From: Octopus vulgaris
Lineage: Eukaryota
Direction: 5' to 3'
Length of the DNA: 64,000 nucleotides
NCBI GenBank assembly: GCA_951406725.2
Contig: OX597817.1
Coordinates: 78,120,001 to 78,184,000, forward strand
A program made the position numbers and the translations under genes. Position 1 is the stretch's first letter. Each line of letters starts with the position of its first letter. Shown piece after piece: positions 27,140-41,217 of the stretch. The notes beneath the pieces are model-generated. The model was given only the letters and a program-made list of their open reading frames with translations, ran no database searches and was not told the origin of the DNA.

Positions 27140-27970
27140 CTAGACATGCTCATATATATTTAAATGCTAAACTTATGGAAAGTTTTACAGATTTTTACAG
27201 TTCCAGTGATGGATTGGATTTGTAGTCTTTGAATTAGCTTTCTTCTTTCTGAATTTAAGAAACCTAATTTCTCAAGATTGGTATTTAGGTAGTGTGTTAC
27301 ATATCCCAGGGCCACAATAGTTACAGGTATAAACCTGAATCTGTAACTTGGAAACTGTAACTGCAGATTTCTCAATAGTTCAGCAGAGGTGTTTTCTTTT
27401 TCACTGATCTTCAGCTTTATTTTAACATCTGCTTGGCAGCTAATTTTCACAACTGTGCACAATTTCTCTTCTCTATCCCAAATCATTATATCAGGTCTTT
27501 TGTGCTTACATTTTATCGAGGTCTTCACAGGTACATTCCACCAGTACTCCATTTTATTATGAGTGGCTATGGCTTCTTATTTCTTTGTCCTCAGTATTAT
27601 CCTTCTGAAAGATCTCATTATAGAGTGTCCTAGCTACAACATAATGTCCCATCAGTCGATAATATGGTAACAACATTTTTGGACAGCTGCTTATGATGTG
27701 GATGATATCGTCAGTGTAAACTCCACAAAGTCTGCATCAGTTGTTACATTTTATGGCTTTTTCTGCATCTCAATCCCTTTCGTGCGTCAGGTACTTGGTT
27801 GATATTTCCTGTTCCTGGATTGCAAATGCATACCCTTCAAAGTGAGAGGTAATAATCTGGTTATTGGTCCATGATAAACTGCTTTGATAATTGATGTTAC
27901 TATCATCACAGAGCTTTCTACTAACATATCCATGCATAGTCTTCTGCTCATATATCCATGCATGCATGTA
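27140..27970 (-). mobile_element. REL-endonuclease non-LTR retrotransposon (R4/Dong/CRE-like) 3' remnant
   Basis: FEGYAFAIQEQEISTKY, CCHC knuckle CRLCGVYTDDIIHIISSCP, HKRPDIMIWDREEKLCTVVKISC, RFIPVTIVALG. Confidence 0.9.
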
Positions 27971-28224
27971 TGTATGTATGTATGTATGGATGTATGTATG
28001 TATGTATCTTCTATTTTTTAATTATTATAAATCTACCACTGAGAAGGGAGCCAGTTTCCAACATAGATACAAGGCTCCATCTTTGGAATCTTGTTTACAT
28101 AGAAAAATTCACATTTGGAACTTGAGAAAGTCTTGCATATCTTTACTGTTCCACTCACAGATTGCACTTGTAATGAATGAATTAGATGGTTGATTTCTCT
28201 TCCTGAAAATCCCAGTTTAACCAG

Positions 28225-28600
28225 ACATTTTATGAGACATGAACTGCCCTCTTCTCATAAAATACAGTTTGTGCCTCATGTCTTCATGCATTACACATCA
28301 AATCATTGACTGACACATGACCCTCATTGACTTGTGCTCCTTGATGAAGATGCCCCGGATTTACTGAAAAAATTAGACTCTTCTGACCATGTCTAACTGT
28401 CAAGACCATTTCTTTTCTTTTAGCCACAGGAGGCACATTCTCACCAAAGGCCAGGAGCTCTTTTCTGATCTTAACCACAGAGGATCTTGTGACACTGAAG
28501 AAGGTTTCAATCTTTTACAATGCTTAGTAGATAAGGTGACAAGAACAACATGTCTTTCCACTGACTGCACTACATTTAAAACTTCTATGTTGAGGCTGAA
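28225..28600 (-). mobile_element. Tc1/mariner-superfamily (maT/DD37D-like) transposase N-terminal remnant
   Basis: ERHVVLVTL, IETFFSVTRSSVVKIRKELL..GENV..VAKRK, HEDMRHKLYFMRRGQFMS. Confidence 0.7.
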
Positions 28601-29341
28601 AAAAGAGAGGATATTTAATTAAAGTTAGGGTCACTTATGGGTTCTAAAAATTTTATTCAGAAGAATTCCAGCTCTGTCTGTTTTTATGCTTTATTTATAT
28701 TCTTTATAATATTAATGTAGAATATAGAATATATAGTATACATAGTATATATAGTAAAATGAAATGAAGTATTGATTGTCTTATTGAATAGATGAAATAT
28801 TGAATATAAAATATAAAATATTAAGGGACTAGTATACTTTCTTGCATTAAAGCAGTCTTCAAGGTCCCAGGTTGTGACAGGAATGTTTCAACGGCAATAT
28901 ATATATATATGTTTACTTATTTATAGATGCACATGTAATCATTACATTTCCTTAACATAGTACATCTTTCCAGTTGAATGAATTTCATATTTAGGCGTAA
29001 TTTATGGGACGGGACTTTGTGCATGCCTCTTTCATCGCATTAATGACTTTATACCTGAATACATGTATTTGTGTGCATATGTGTGCATGTGAGTGTATGT
29101 GTGTGTGTGTAGTATATTTTTTGTACACATGCACAGATACTCTCTCTTTCTCTCTCTCACACACACACACATAAAATAATGTATAAATTCATATCATGTC
29201 TTCACCCATGTAGATTAATGTTTATAATCTTTACGTGTCATTAAGCTTGTCTATCATTCTGTCATTCCATTATTTTATGTATATGTATATGTTGATATGA
29301 GCATGTGAATATGTATGTATATATATGTATATATATATACA

Positions 29342-29378
<37 letters not shown>

Positions 29379-29455
29379 GTATATATATATAACTCTCTCT
29401 CTCTATATATATATGTATATATATATATACACACACACAAAGACATGCACATGCA

Positions 29456-29509
<54 letters not shown>

Positions 29510-29562
29510 CATATACATACATAAGCATACATACATACATGCTTGCATACATACATACATAC

Positions 29563-29593
<31 letters not shown>

Positions 29594-29801
29594 CATACAT
29601 ACATACATACATGCATACATGCATATATATCATATATGTAAGTATGTATTTGTTCGAATAGTCTACTGTTTCTTTTTTTCAGTTTTGTGGGTAGAAGCAA
29701 TCATCTGTTGAGGATAACTTGAAAGTTTGAGTTTAACTGGAGTTTAAATATTTCATACAGTATATATGATAATAGCTGTTTTAATATCTTGTCACTTGTG
29801 A

Positions 29802-31510
29802 GGTGTCAAGCTGGCAGAAACATTAACATGCCAGGTGAAATGCTTAGTGGTATTTCGTCTGTGTTTACATTCTGAGTTCAAATTCCACTGAGGTCAACTT
29901 TGCCTTTCATCCTTTCGGAGTCGATAAAATAAGTACCAGTTACGCACTGGGGTCGATATAATCGACTTAATCTGTTTGTCTGTCCTTGTTTGTCCTCTCT
30001 GTGTTTAACCCCTTGTGGGTAGTAAAGAAATAGGTATTTCGTCTGTCTTTATGTTCTGAGTTCAAATTCCACCAAGGTCAACTTTGCCTTTCATCCTTTT
30101 GGGGTCGATAGATTAAGTACCAGTTGCATACTGGGGTCGATCTAATTGATTAGCCCCCTCCCCCAAAATTTTGGTCCCTGTGCCTAGAGTAGAAAAGAAT
30201 ATCTTGTCACCTGTATTTGAATTGAAAATAAAGCACAGGTTTCGTTGTAATACTAGGAAGTTCACTGCTCAATGACATGTTTCTGGGTTCAGTTCCATGG
30301 TGTGGCACCTTAGGCAAGTGTGTTCTACTATAGCCATGGGTTGACGAAAACCTTGTGAGTGGATTTGGTAACCAGAAACTGAAGGAAATGAGATACTGTC
30401 CTTGTGGTAAAAAATGCTGGCCTCGTGCCAAATTTTGAAGCCCTTATTAATAGGCACTGAAAGGTAATGAGCTGAGAATGTACTGCATAATCATTCTTTT
30501 CTTCTCTCTCACCATGATGTTTTACCTAACCATCCTTTCTGATCATGGATTTACATAAAGAATACCTGATCTAACTGGATTTAACTCAGAATGTAAGGAT
30601 GGGCGAAATACCGCTAAGCATTTATCCTGGCAGGCTAACAATCAGCTTGCCACCTTACCCAAAATAATCCATTCTACTCTAGGCACAAGGCCTGAAATTC
30701 GGTGGGAGGGGGCCAGTCACTTAGATCGACCCCAGTACACAACTGGTACTTAATTTATCGACCCCTAAAGGATGAAAGGCAAGTTGACCTTGGTGGAATT
30801 TGAACTTAGAAAATAAAGATAGACGAAATACTGCAAAGTATTTTGCCTGACATGCTAGCGATACTTTTCTACTCTAGGCAGAAGGACCGAAATTTTGGGG
30901 GAGGGTGCCAGTCAATTAAATTTACTTCAGTGTGCAACTGGTACGTAATTTATTGACCCTGAAAGGATGAAAGGCAAAGTTAACCTAGGCGGAAATTTGA
31001 ACTTAGAATGTAAAGACACGAAATACCGCTAAGCATGCTAATGATTTTGTCAGTTCACCGCTTTCACATTACCCAAAATAATAATTACAAATTCTTGCTT
31101 GAGGCTAGCATTTTCAGGGAAGAGGATAAGTCAATATATCAAATCCAGTGCTCAAGTGGTACCTATTTTAGTGGCCCTGAAAGGATGAAAGGCAAAGTTG
31201 ACCTCAGTAGCATTTGAACTCGGAACATAAAGATGGATGAAATGTTACAATGTAGTTTGCCCAGCTTGTTAACAATTCTGCCAGTTCATCACCTTATTTT
31301 GCCCCAAATTATGGTTTCAAATATTGCCACAAGGGCAGCAATTTAGAAGGAGATTACATCAATCCCCAATGTTCAACTGGTACTTATTTTATCAACCTCG
31401 AAAGGATGAAGAGTAAAGTCAACCTTGGCAGAATTTGAACCCAGAATGTAGCAACAGGCGAAATACTGCTAAGCATTTTGTCTAGCGCGCTAACGATTCT
31501 GCCACTTTTA
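29802..31510. mobile_element. Dense cluster of SINE family B copies (dimer at 29802-30200 on +; several minus-strand copies 30580-31510) plus a family-A fragment
   Basis: Repeated aaggatgaaaggcaaagttgacct / aactggtactt motifs. Confidence 0.85.
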
Positions 31511-32461
31511 TTTTACCCAAAATAATAAGCCCAACACACATCATACCCCTTCAATACTACAAATATTAGAGATGAAAACAAAGTAGCAACAAAACCCTAT
31601 GTAGATGATAGAAGAAATGAATGACAAAAATGTAAAGATTTTTCAATCATAAATAAAAGCTGGCTGTTCTGATTCATAACTTATTATATGAAATTGTGAA
31701 TTTGGCAATATACCATGAATGGTAAAATTGGATGTTTTTTTTTATATTAATTTATATTAACTAATCTAATTAATATTGATAGCTTTAATTTTTGCTCTTA
31801 TCATTATCCACACAATATTAATCTTCCTCTGAAATTATATGTTTAATGTGCTCCAAAAACTGTGAAAGCATGTAGCCTAGTGGTTTGGGTAATTGGCTTC
31901 AAATCGAAAAGTCATGAGTTCAATTCTCGGTGATGCATTATAACCTTGAGCAAGACACTTTATTTCTCTTTGCTCCAGTCCACTCAGCTGGCTAAAATGA
32001 GTTGCACCTGTATTTCAAAGAACCAGCCATGTCACATTCTGTGCCATGCTGAATCTCTCTGAGAACTACATTAGGGTTATGCATGTCTGTAAAGTGCTCA
32101 GGTACTTGCCTGTTAATTTCATGAGCAGGCTGTTCTGTTGATCAGATCAACTGGAACCCTGGTCCTCATAACTGACAGAGTGCTAGTATTCTGAAAAGAT
32201 TGTAAATTGATGAACAGTATCATCACCACCAACAACATAATCAACATCATTTAAAACCCATTTTCTTGTATGCTCGCAGTGACCATCCAACCACATCCTG
32301 ATAAGTGTAGGAAATGTTTAACCACAGCCCACAAAAATCAGCACAACAAGCCGCTCACAACATGCACAAGACATGCACAAGATTTACAACATGCACAATA
32401 CATATGGTGTTGTACAAGGAATTGAATTTTTGTCAATGGAAAACGTTGTATTGGAAAGACA

Positions 32462-33110
32462 AGACGAGAGAGACAAAGCTCCCTACGGCTTCAGACATAG
32501 CTATATCACCGGGGATTTCAAATTTTGATGCATGCAGAGCATCTTAATCCTCATTGGTGGCATTTACCATGCCTAGGGTTAAGATCAACCCACCTCATCA
32601 AGTACAAGATGCTCTGCATCAAAATTCAAATTCACCGGTGATATGGCTATGTCTGTGATTGTATGGAACTTTGCCTCTCTTGACAGATTATTAAGATAGT
32701 GCTCTTATTTCTAGTAATGCTGGTACCATTTTGTACTTTTTTATCACTTTAGTGATGTCTATAAATTTGCCTTCAGGTCGATAAATTGCTAATAACCCAT
32801 CCATATCACTTATAGTCTTCACTTTTACCATTTTTGAAATCAGGACATATTTTCAATGGTTCTTCTTATATGTTGACAAGATGAGTTGAGCTTAACCCTA
32901 GACATGGTAAGAACCACCAATGAGAATTAAGATTCTCTGCATCAAAATTCGAAATCACCAGTAATATGGCTATGTCTGCAACTGAAGGGAGGTTTGTCTC
33001 CCTTGTCAGCTTATTAAGATAGTGCTCTTGTGGCTTATGAGTTGGTTTGATTCTCATTTCTAGCAATACTGGTACTACTTTGTACCTTCTGTCACTTTAA
33101 TAATGTCTAT
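32462..33110. mobile_element. Old inverted-plus-partial-tandem element (~323-bp period)
   Basis: Arm 32466-32545 is inverted at 32606-32682; a direct repeat of the right arm starts at 32929, preceded by the reverse complement of the spacer (32872-32928); ends at (TA)n. Confidence 0.75.
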
Positions 33111-33304
33111 ATATATATATATGTGTTTAAATATCCAGTGAATTATTGGTTCATTACCTATTATTTTTTGTGAATGATAATATTCATAAAATAATAGGTT
33201 TAAATATAAATCTTAGTTTATAAATATTCAAATTAAAATTCAGAAAATGGAGATGTAGTATTTGGTAGCATAACCACCAATAACCTAACGGTATGCCTTT
33301 TCTA

Positions 33305-33388
33305 CTCTTTTGATGAGATTTTGCCCAATATAATGTTTTTGATTACTGGAATTTAGTTCTTTGGGCAAAATCGAAACAGCTGTAAGAG
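33305..33388 (+). ncRNA. Type I hammerhead ribozyme motif (core C3->U) inside a TIR-flanked repeat (33228-33460)
   Basis: CTCTT-TTGATGA-GATTTTGCCCAA..TTGGGCAAAATC-GAAAC-AGCT-GTA-AGAG: perfect 12-bp stem II, palindromic stem III, GUA site. Confidence 0.7.
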
Positions 33389-33456
33389 AATATGTTGAAC
33401 TTTTGCAGTTAATAAACTATATTACTGCTACATCTCCGTTTTCTGAATTCTAATTT

Positions 33457-33493
<37 letters not shown>

Positions 33494-33497
<4 letters not shown>

Positions 33498-33695
33498 ATC
33501 CAAACATGAACAAAGAGAAAACATAACAATGCAAGGACAAGGAACAAGTATAGTACTATTAAACACTCACGAAAGGAAAGAAAGAAGGAGGATTTAACAT
33601 TTCATGTGGAGCTCTTCATCAGAAACATAGAAAAGGAAAGGTTCAAGGAAGGGAAGACGGGGAAAGAAAATCGCCAATGATACACACGTGGTCAC
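33494..33695 (-). mobile_element. HHR-bearing repeat family H1, copy 2, between (TA)n tracts
   Basis: Minus strand GTTT-CTGATGA-A-GAGC-tcc-ACAT-GAAATGTT-AAAT (33626-33592), decayed. Confidence 0.7.
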
Positions 33696-34463
33696 ATATA
33701 TATATGTATATATACATACATATATACACATACATACACAAACACCAGAATAGAAAAGTGGTTGGCCATAGCTGCAGTGTCTGTGATCATAAATCTGTGA
33801 AATCAATTCTAACCTATGGCTAAACAAGAGCAAATGAACGACATCAACAACACTAAACAGTAAGGCAAAGCCAACCTCGGTCTGATTCGGATGCAGAACA
33901 TAAAATGGACATGATTAAATCACCACAAGGCATTTAATCTAATGTTCTACAAATTCTACCACTCCTAAATGCTTCCAATGTAATTCTTTGAATTGCTCCT
34001 TTCACGGAAAAGTAGTCTTGTTCCTCTAGTCTGGCACCAGATGGAAGTCAGAAGGACATGCCACTACCATTACTGCTATCTCTATTGCTTGCTGCTTGTC
34101 ACTGCTGCTGCTGTTGCTACTGTTGTTGTTGTTACAAACTTGGAGGTAATTCAAAAACTAGTTATCATATTTCTGCTCAATAAACACATGAACTTAATGA
34201 ATATCTATTGATAAAAGTCATTTTTAGGTCATTTAGTGCACTGCTTATTTCTTCCTTCTTTCTTCTTTATTAAAGAAATACTGACTTGATAAGATGAGGG
34301 TTCCACCAGACTTCACTCCAATCTTTTCCCATGATTCTCTCACCCTCTCTTTCTCTCTCACCACTCTCTCTCTCTTATTTTGCTTTACAGTTTCTCTCTA
34401 TCATTTGTATGTTTATTATTTATCTTAACAATTTTCATTATCACATTCTCACTCACTCACTCA

Positions 34464-34494
<31 letters not shown>

Positions 34495-34593
34495 ATTATC
34501 TCTTTCTGTCTTTTAACTCTTTCTCATCCTGTTACTTTTAGCTATTTCTTTTTTCCTTTTTAACAAGTATTCTCATATAGCTTTTACTTTCCA

Positions 34594-35221
<628 letters not shown>

Positions 35222-35301
35222 CCTCTCTTTCTTTACCTCATTACCCTATTTCTCAATTACTCTCACTTAACACACTCTCTCACTAACATACTGCTGTATC
35301 T

Positions 35302-35332
<31 letters not shown>

Positions 35333-35378
35333 TATCTATCTGTCTCTCAGTCTGTCTGTCTTTGTCTATTTGTCTGTT

Positions 35379-35429
<51 letters not shown>

Positions 35430-35869
35430 CTACTTCTTGTATCTATAAATCTATCAACATTTATCATCTTCCATTCTTTCTTTCTTTCCTTCCTTCCTGC
35501 CCTCCTTCCTTCCTTCCTTCCTTTATCTACCTGGCCATAAACCTTCCTGTCATTTTATGTCTGTCTATCTTTCCTGATGTTTGTATATCTATTTGACCAA
35601 AGAATTTCCCCATCTCCTCCACCCATAACAAAATCCCCCCCCCCCCGCCATCACTCTTGCCCTCAATGAAATTCTCACCTTTCTTTTTCTCCCTCTTTCT
35701 CTCTCACTCATCCTCTCTCAATCTCTCTCTCTCCTCCTCTCTCTCCCCACTCGCTCTCTATCTTAACCTCTTTTCATTTATCACACCACTACACCTTGCT
35801 TAATTTCTCCTTACCTAAACCCCCTTACAAGCAGCACCAACAACAACACCAACACCAATACTTCTTCCA

Positions 35870-35895
35870 CCACTACTACTACTACTACTACTTCA

Positions 35896-35976
<81 letters not shown>

Positions 35977-36300
35977 ACTGCTGCTGCTGCTGCTACTACT
36001 ACTACTACTACTACTGATGATGATGATGATGATGATGATAAAGCCACCACTACTCCATTACTACTCTTACTAAAATTACTATTACTACTATTACGATACT
36101 ACTATAGCTATACAACAAGTTCTACTACTGTCACCGCTACCACTGCCACCACCACTACCATTGATGCCAATACAGTCTATGCAAACGCCAACAGTAACAC
36201 CATCACCAACACTACAGCCCACACTGCCAACACTGCCAGCACCTATACCAACATCACCACTATCACTACCACTACTGCCACCACCACCACCACTATTACT
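35870..36300. repeat. Compound trinucleotide tract (TAC)n(TGC)n(TGA)n decaying into CAC/TAC low complexity
   Basis: Directly visible. Confidence 0.95.
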
Positions 36301-36697
36301 AGTTATTGGCTGAATGTGGCCAGCGCTTGTTGGCCAGAAAGTGAATTAATCCATACATAACAATATATTCCTTTCACAGTTACAAAGAGCACCTCCACCC
36401 ACCCACTATGCACTCACACACACACACACACACACACTACAGTAAATAGGATAGTAAGAGGGAGAAGGAGGTGGATGTAGAGAAAAGGGTCACCTCTACC
36501 TCTAACCTTTCCTCATGAAAAACAGGGATCTGTGTGCGACCCCCCGATACCTCTGACCTTTTCTAAAGCAATGATTAATACAGTTGACCACTCTACATAA
36601 TTGAGAAATCTTTCCAATAAGACGTTTTCAAATATTTTTTTCCCCTCCACCTTTCAACTATCTGAAATTTACTTCATTTGCATCGATTTAAGGGTGG

Positions 36698-36728
<31 letters not shown>

Positions 36729-36807
36729 CATATATATATATACATATATATATATACATATATACATATACATATATACATATACATATATATGTATTTA
36801 TATATAT

Positions 36808-36937
36808 ACTCTCTTTTACTCTTTTACTTGTTTCAGTCATTTGACTGTGGCCATGCTGGAGCACCGCCAGCAGCAGTTGTCAAGTGATGTTGGGGGGGGG
36901 GACAAACACAGACACACAAGCATATACACACACATAC

Positions 36938-36975
<38 letters not shown>

Positions 36976-37132
36976 CGGGCTTCTTTCAGTTTCTGTCTGC
37001 CAAATCCACTCACAAGGCTTTGGTCAACCCAAGGCTATAGAAGACACTTGCCCAAGGTGCCACGCAGTGGGACTGAACCTGGAGCCATGTGGTTCGTAAG
37101 CAAGCTACTTACCACACAGCCACTCCTACACC
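36808..37132 (-). mobile_element. SINE family A with internal deletion
   Basis: Tail and head are present; the middle segment is missing between gagcaccgcc and cagttgtcaag. Confidence 0.85.
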
Positions 37133-37487
37133 TATATATATGCTGCGTGTATATATATATATACATACATGTGTGTGTGTGTATATATATATGTGCATAG
37201 ATATGTGTGTGTGTATTTATATATGTGTGTGTGTATTATTTTCTGTCATTTTTGCTTAAGTCATTTGACTGCGGCCATGCTGGGGCACTACCTTTAGTTG
37301 AGCAAGTTGCCCCCATGACTTATTCTTTGTAAGCCTAGTACTTATTAGTTCAAACTCTTTTGCTGAACCACTAATTTACAGGGACTAAGATCGGTTGTCG
37401 AGCAATATTAGGGGGACAAACACAGACACACATACACACACACACATGCATATACATGTATACATACATACGTACATACGTACATAC

Positions 37488-37521
<34 letters not shown>

Positions 37522-37922
37522 GATGGGTTTCTTACAGTCGGCCTGAGGCTATAGTAGAAGACACTTGCCCAAGTTGTCACATAGTCGAATTGAATCTGAA
37601 ACTATATGGCTAGGAAGCAAGTTTCTCACCGTACAACCATATATATATATACAAGTTCTTTTATGCTTTCAAGCATTTGAGCCTGAAGGCCATGCTGGGG
37701 CTCCACCAGTGCTACCACCTTTTCAATGGACAGTATTTTGTGACTGGCTTTCGGTGAAGGAGGGAGTTTAAGGTTGGGATCTTTGTGGTTTTCATCACTG
37801 TTTACAATTTTGTTCCAATTGTTTTCAAATTTGGCATATGGATTAAGTTTTGTATACTAATTATGAAAATGAAATTCATTTTTCCTATAACTCCACAATT
37901 GAAAAATTATTAGTGGTATTGT

Positions 37923-38322
37923 AGGTGTAGGAGTGGCTGTGTGGTAAGTAGCTTGCTTACCAACCACATGGTTCTGGGTTCAGTCCCGCTGCATGGCACC
38001 TTGGGCAAGTGTCTTCTACTATAGCCTTGGGCCGACCAAAACCTTGTGTGTGGATTTGGTAGACGGAAACGGAAAGAAGCATATCGTATATATATATATA
38101 TATGTATGTATGTATGTATGTGTGTGTATATGTTTGTGTCTGTTTGTCCCCCCAACATTGCTTGACAACTGATGCTGGAATGTTTACATCCCCGTAACTT
38201 AGCAGTTCGGCAAAAGAGACTAGGCTTACAAAGAATAAGTCCTGGGATCGATTTGCTCGACTAAAGGCGGTGCTCCAGCATGGCTACATTCAAATGACTG
38301 AAACAAGTAAAAGAGTAAAAGA
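37923..38322 (+). mobile_element. SINE family A, full length
   Basis: Matches 51366-51758. Confidence 0.9.
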
Positions 38323-39511
38323 GTCCCTAAAATTTGCAAAATTTGGGTATTGTAGCCAATCAGAATCGAGTATTTTAGACATTACCATGGTGAAGAAGTC
38401 TGCTTCTATAGTAACCAAAGCAAAGAAGCACCACATATTCCAAAGCTGATTGTGAAGATGCAGTGCATACACACAAGGAGTGTAACCAACATTTGTTCTA
38501 TAATTCTTTGTTTTCATAGCAAATAGGACTCGCATTCAACAAATTGAAAGTACCTGGGCATGGTTGACTCTTATATTTGTGAATCTATGTGGAGGAGATA
38601 CAAGAAAGATAATTCATTTTATAAAATCCTAGAGTGTATTACAAACTTTCGTTCTTGAATTTTTAAAACTAAGAAATGTCTGTTTCAAACTATGTTTGAC
38701 TGTTGTTTCTAGCAACTCCTGTTGGTTTGTTTGTAGCTTTTAAATATTTAATTTACTTGTGACTTTTTAATGTTAACTTTGCTCATATATATTTTAATGT
38801 TTTGACTGCTATTTCTAACAAGTCTTGTTGGTTTGTTCGTAGCTTTTAAATATTTGATTTCCTCTCGCATGTTTTCCTGTTTTCACTGTTTACTGTAGCT
38901 AGTTTAATGTTTTGACATGCCGATGCCTGCCCCTCCCCCCGATAATGCAAGAAGCAATGATTGGCTGAAAATTCTGAATATTATCTAACTTTAAACACCT
39001 GTAACACTTTTGCAAATTTTTTCTGGAATAAATGAATAACAAATTTGGATTCAGTGTCAAAAATTACATCCATACAATACATTAAAAAAGTTTTTAAAGA
39101 TAATTTTAAACAGTGGCAAAAATCACAAAGCCACATATACAACAGGCTTCTTCCAGTTTCCATTTACCAAATCCACTCAAGTTGCCACACAGTCGAATTG
39201 AACCTGGAACCATATGGTTATGAAGCAAACTTCTCACCTTACAACCATATATAAATTCTTTTATTCTTTCATGTTTCAGCCCGAAGGTCGTGGCTATGTT
39301 GGAGCACCACCAGTTTCATCACCTTTCCTATGGCCAATCTTTTGTGATTGGCTTTTGGTGAAGGTGGGAGTTTGAGATTGTTGCCCACTTTTGAGTTTCT
39401 TACAGTGATGTAGGTTCATCTAAGACCTTGGACAGGAGATCAAGTTGTTTATTGTAAACATCTTCCCCACTCACTCCATGTAGAACTCTCACATTTTTTT
39501 GGCAAAATATT

Positions 39512-39905
39512 CTTTTCTGCTTTTGGCACAAGGCCCAAAGTTTTTGGAAAGTGGGGGTAGTCGATTAGATCAACGCCAGTATGCAACTGGTACTTAATAT
39601 ATCGACCCTGAAATGATGAAAGGCAAAGTCAACCTTGGCAGAATTTGAACTCAGAACATAAAGACAGACGAAATACCTATTTCTTTACTACCCACAAGGG
39701 GCTAAACACAGAGAGGACAAACAAGGACAGACAAACGGATTAAGTCAATTATATCAACCCCAGTGTGTAACTGGTTCTTATTTAATCGACTCCAAAAGGA
39801 TGAAAGGCAAAGTCGATCTCGGCGGAATTTGAACCCAGAACGAAGTGACAGATGAAATACCTCTAAGCATTTCGCCCGGCATGCTAACGATTCTGCCAGC
39901 TCGCT
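39512..39905 (-). mobile_element. SINE family B dimer
   Basis: Reverse complement of the dimer at 29802-30200. Confidence 0.85.
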
Positions 39906-39999
39906 GACTTTTTGGCAAAATATTAAATAAGTGTTGACCTTTGAATTCCAAGTTATTGTAAGGGACCTTTGGAACAGTGCAGTAACGTCCAGTCCAGTG

Positions 40000-40720
40000 G
40001 CTGGTATAACTCTTGATGCCAACCCTTCAGAATCTTCCATATGTATATTACAGCATACTTCTCCCATCGTCACTCCAGGGAGTAGAGTGATCATTCTTTC
40101 AGTCTTTCCCAGTTGCTCAGCTGCTCCATTAATGTAATCTTCCTGGTGTAGCATTGATGAACTGCATCAAGTTCTGCAAGTTATTTCACACTGTGGGATG
40201 ACTACATTTGAGGGCAGTAGTCCAGACATCTGAGAACAAATGTCCCATAGAACCAGCAATGTTTCCAGGTCATTTGTTCTCAAATTTCTCTGAATCCATT
40301 CGCCTGTGCATTTTTACCTTTTGGTAATACGTACATGAAATGAGGTATCACTGCTCATATCAATCCTCAGATCACAAACCGTTTGACTCAGAGATTACTG
40401 TTCCTTTTAGTTCAAAATATCTTTATTGTGGCATGTCAATACAAGCTGGTTGATAGGGGAAGGTTCAGTATTTTCCTGCATTAAATTACATGTTGCATTC
40501 TTTAGCCCATTTCTACATGGCATCTGGGTTTTTCTGTAGAAGATTAGCATTGAAAGGTTCTTTGACTACCTGCACTACTTTTGTATTATTGACATATCTA
40601 GTGAATGTGGCTGTCTGTTTAACTGATGGGAGCTATCATAAGCAGTAGTGGATCCAAGACAGTTCCCTGAGTTTCCACTTGTTATAACTGTCTCTCTCCA
40701 AAGAGACAGTAATGGCAAGT
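40000..40720 (-). mobile_element. CR1/L2/Jockey-group LINE reverse transcriptase remnant
   Basis: Minus strand TQGTVLDPLLLMIA (GVPQGTVLGPLLF-like), RYVNNTKV (YADDTK-like) and a DLGI-like segment; heavily decayed. Confidence 0.65.
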
Positions 40721-41217
40721 GGAGTGCCTCATATGATACCTATTTTGTACCTGTCATATTCAGAGATGTTCTTAGAATTATCAGTAATGTGATATCTCTG
40801 GTGTGGAAAATGCAATGAGAACATCCCACCTCCATGGATTTAATAAAGCATATGGTACAGAATGTAAAGGATCGTACTTAAAAAAATAGGCTCCTGAAGT
40901 TAGGTTGGTATGACAGCCGAACCATTATGACAATAATGACAAATAATTGGTAAAATGGTGGAGTTATTAAAGGGTCAGAATGCTTTAGAAGATTTCTTTT
41001 AGTACTCAGCACCCTTAGTTCAAACCTCACCAAGGTCATCAATTATTTTCATTCTTTCTGTTTCAATAAAACAAAAACCTATACGAAATCTTCGTGGTGG
41101 ATTCAAATGAATCAACACTATTCAACTAAAATTTCTTCAAGGTAGTGCCCCAGCATGACCGCAGTCTAATGACTGAAACAAGTAAAAGATACAAATATAT
41201 ACAAGATATATATATAA

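Noticed and set aside
36040-36300. Thr-rich mucin-like exon
   Set aside because: Continuous with a decaying trinucleotide microsatellite; no splice support.
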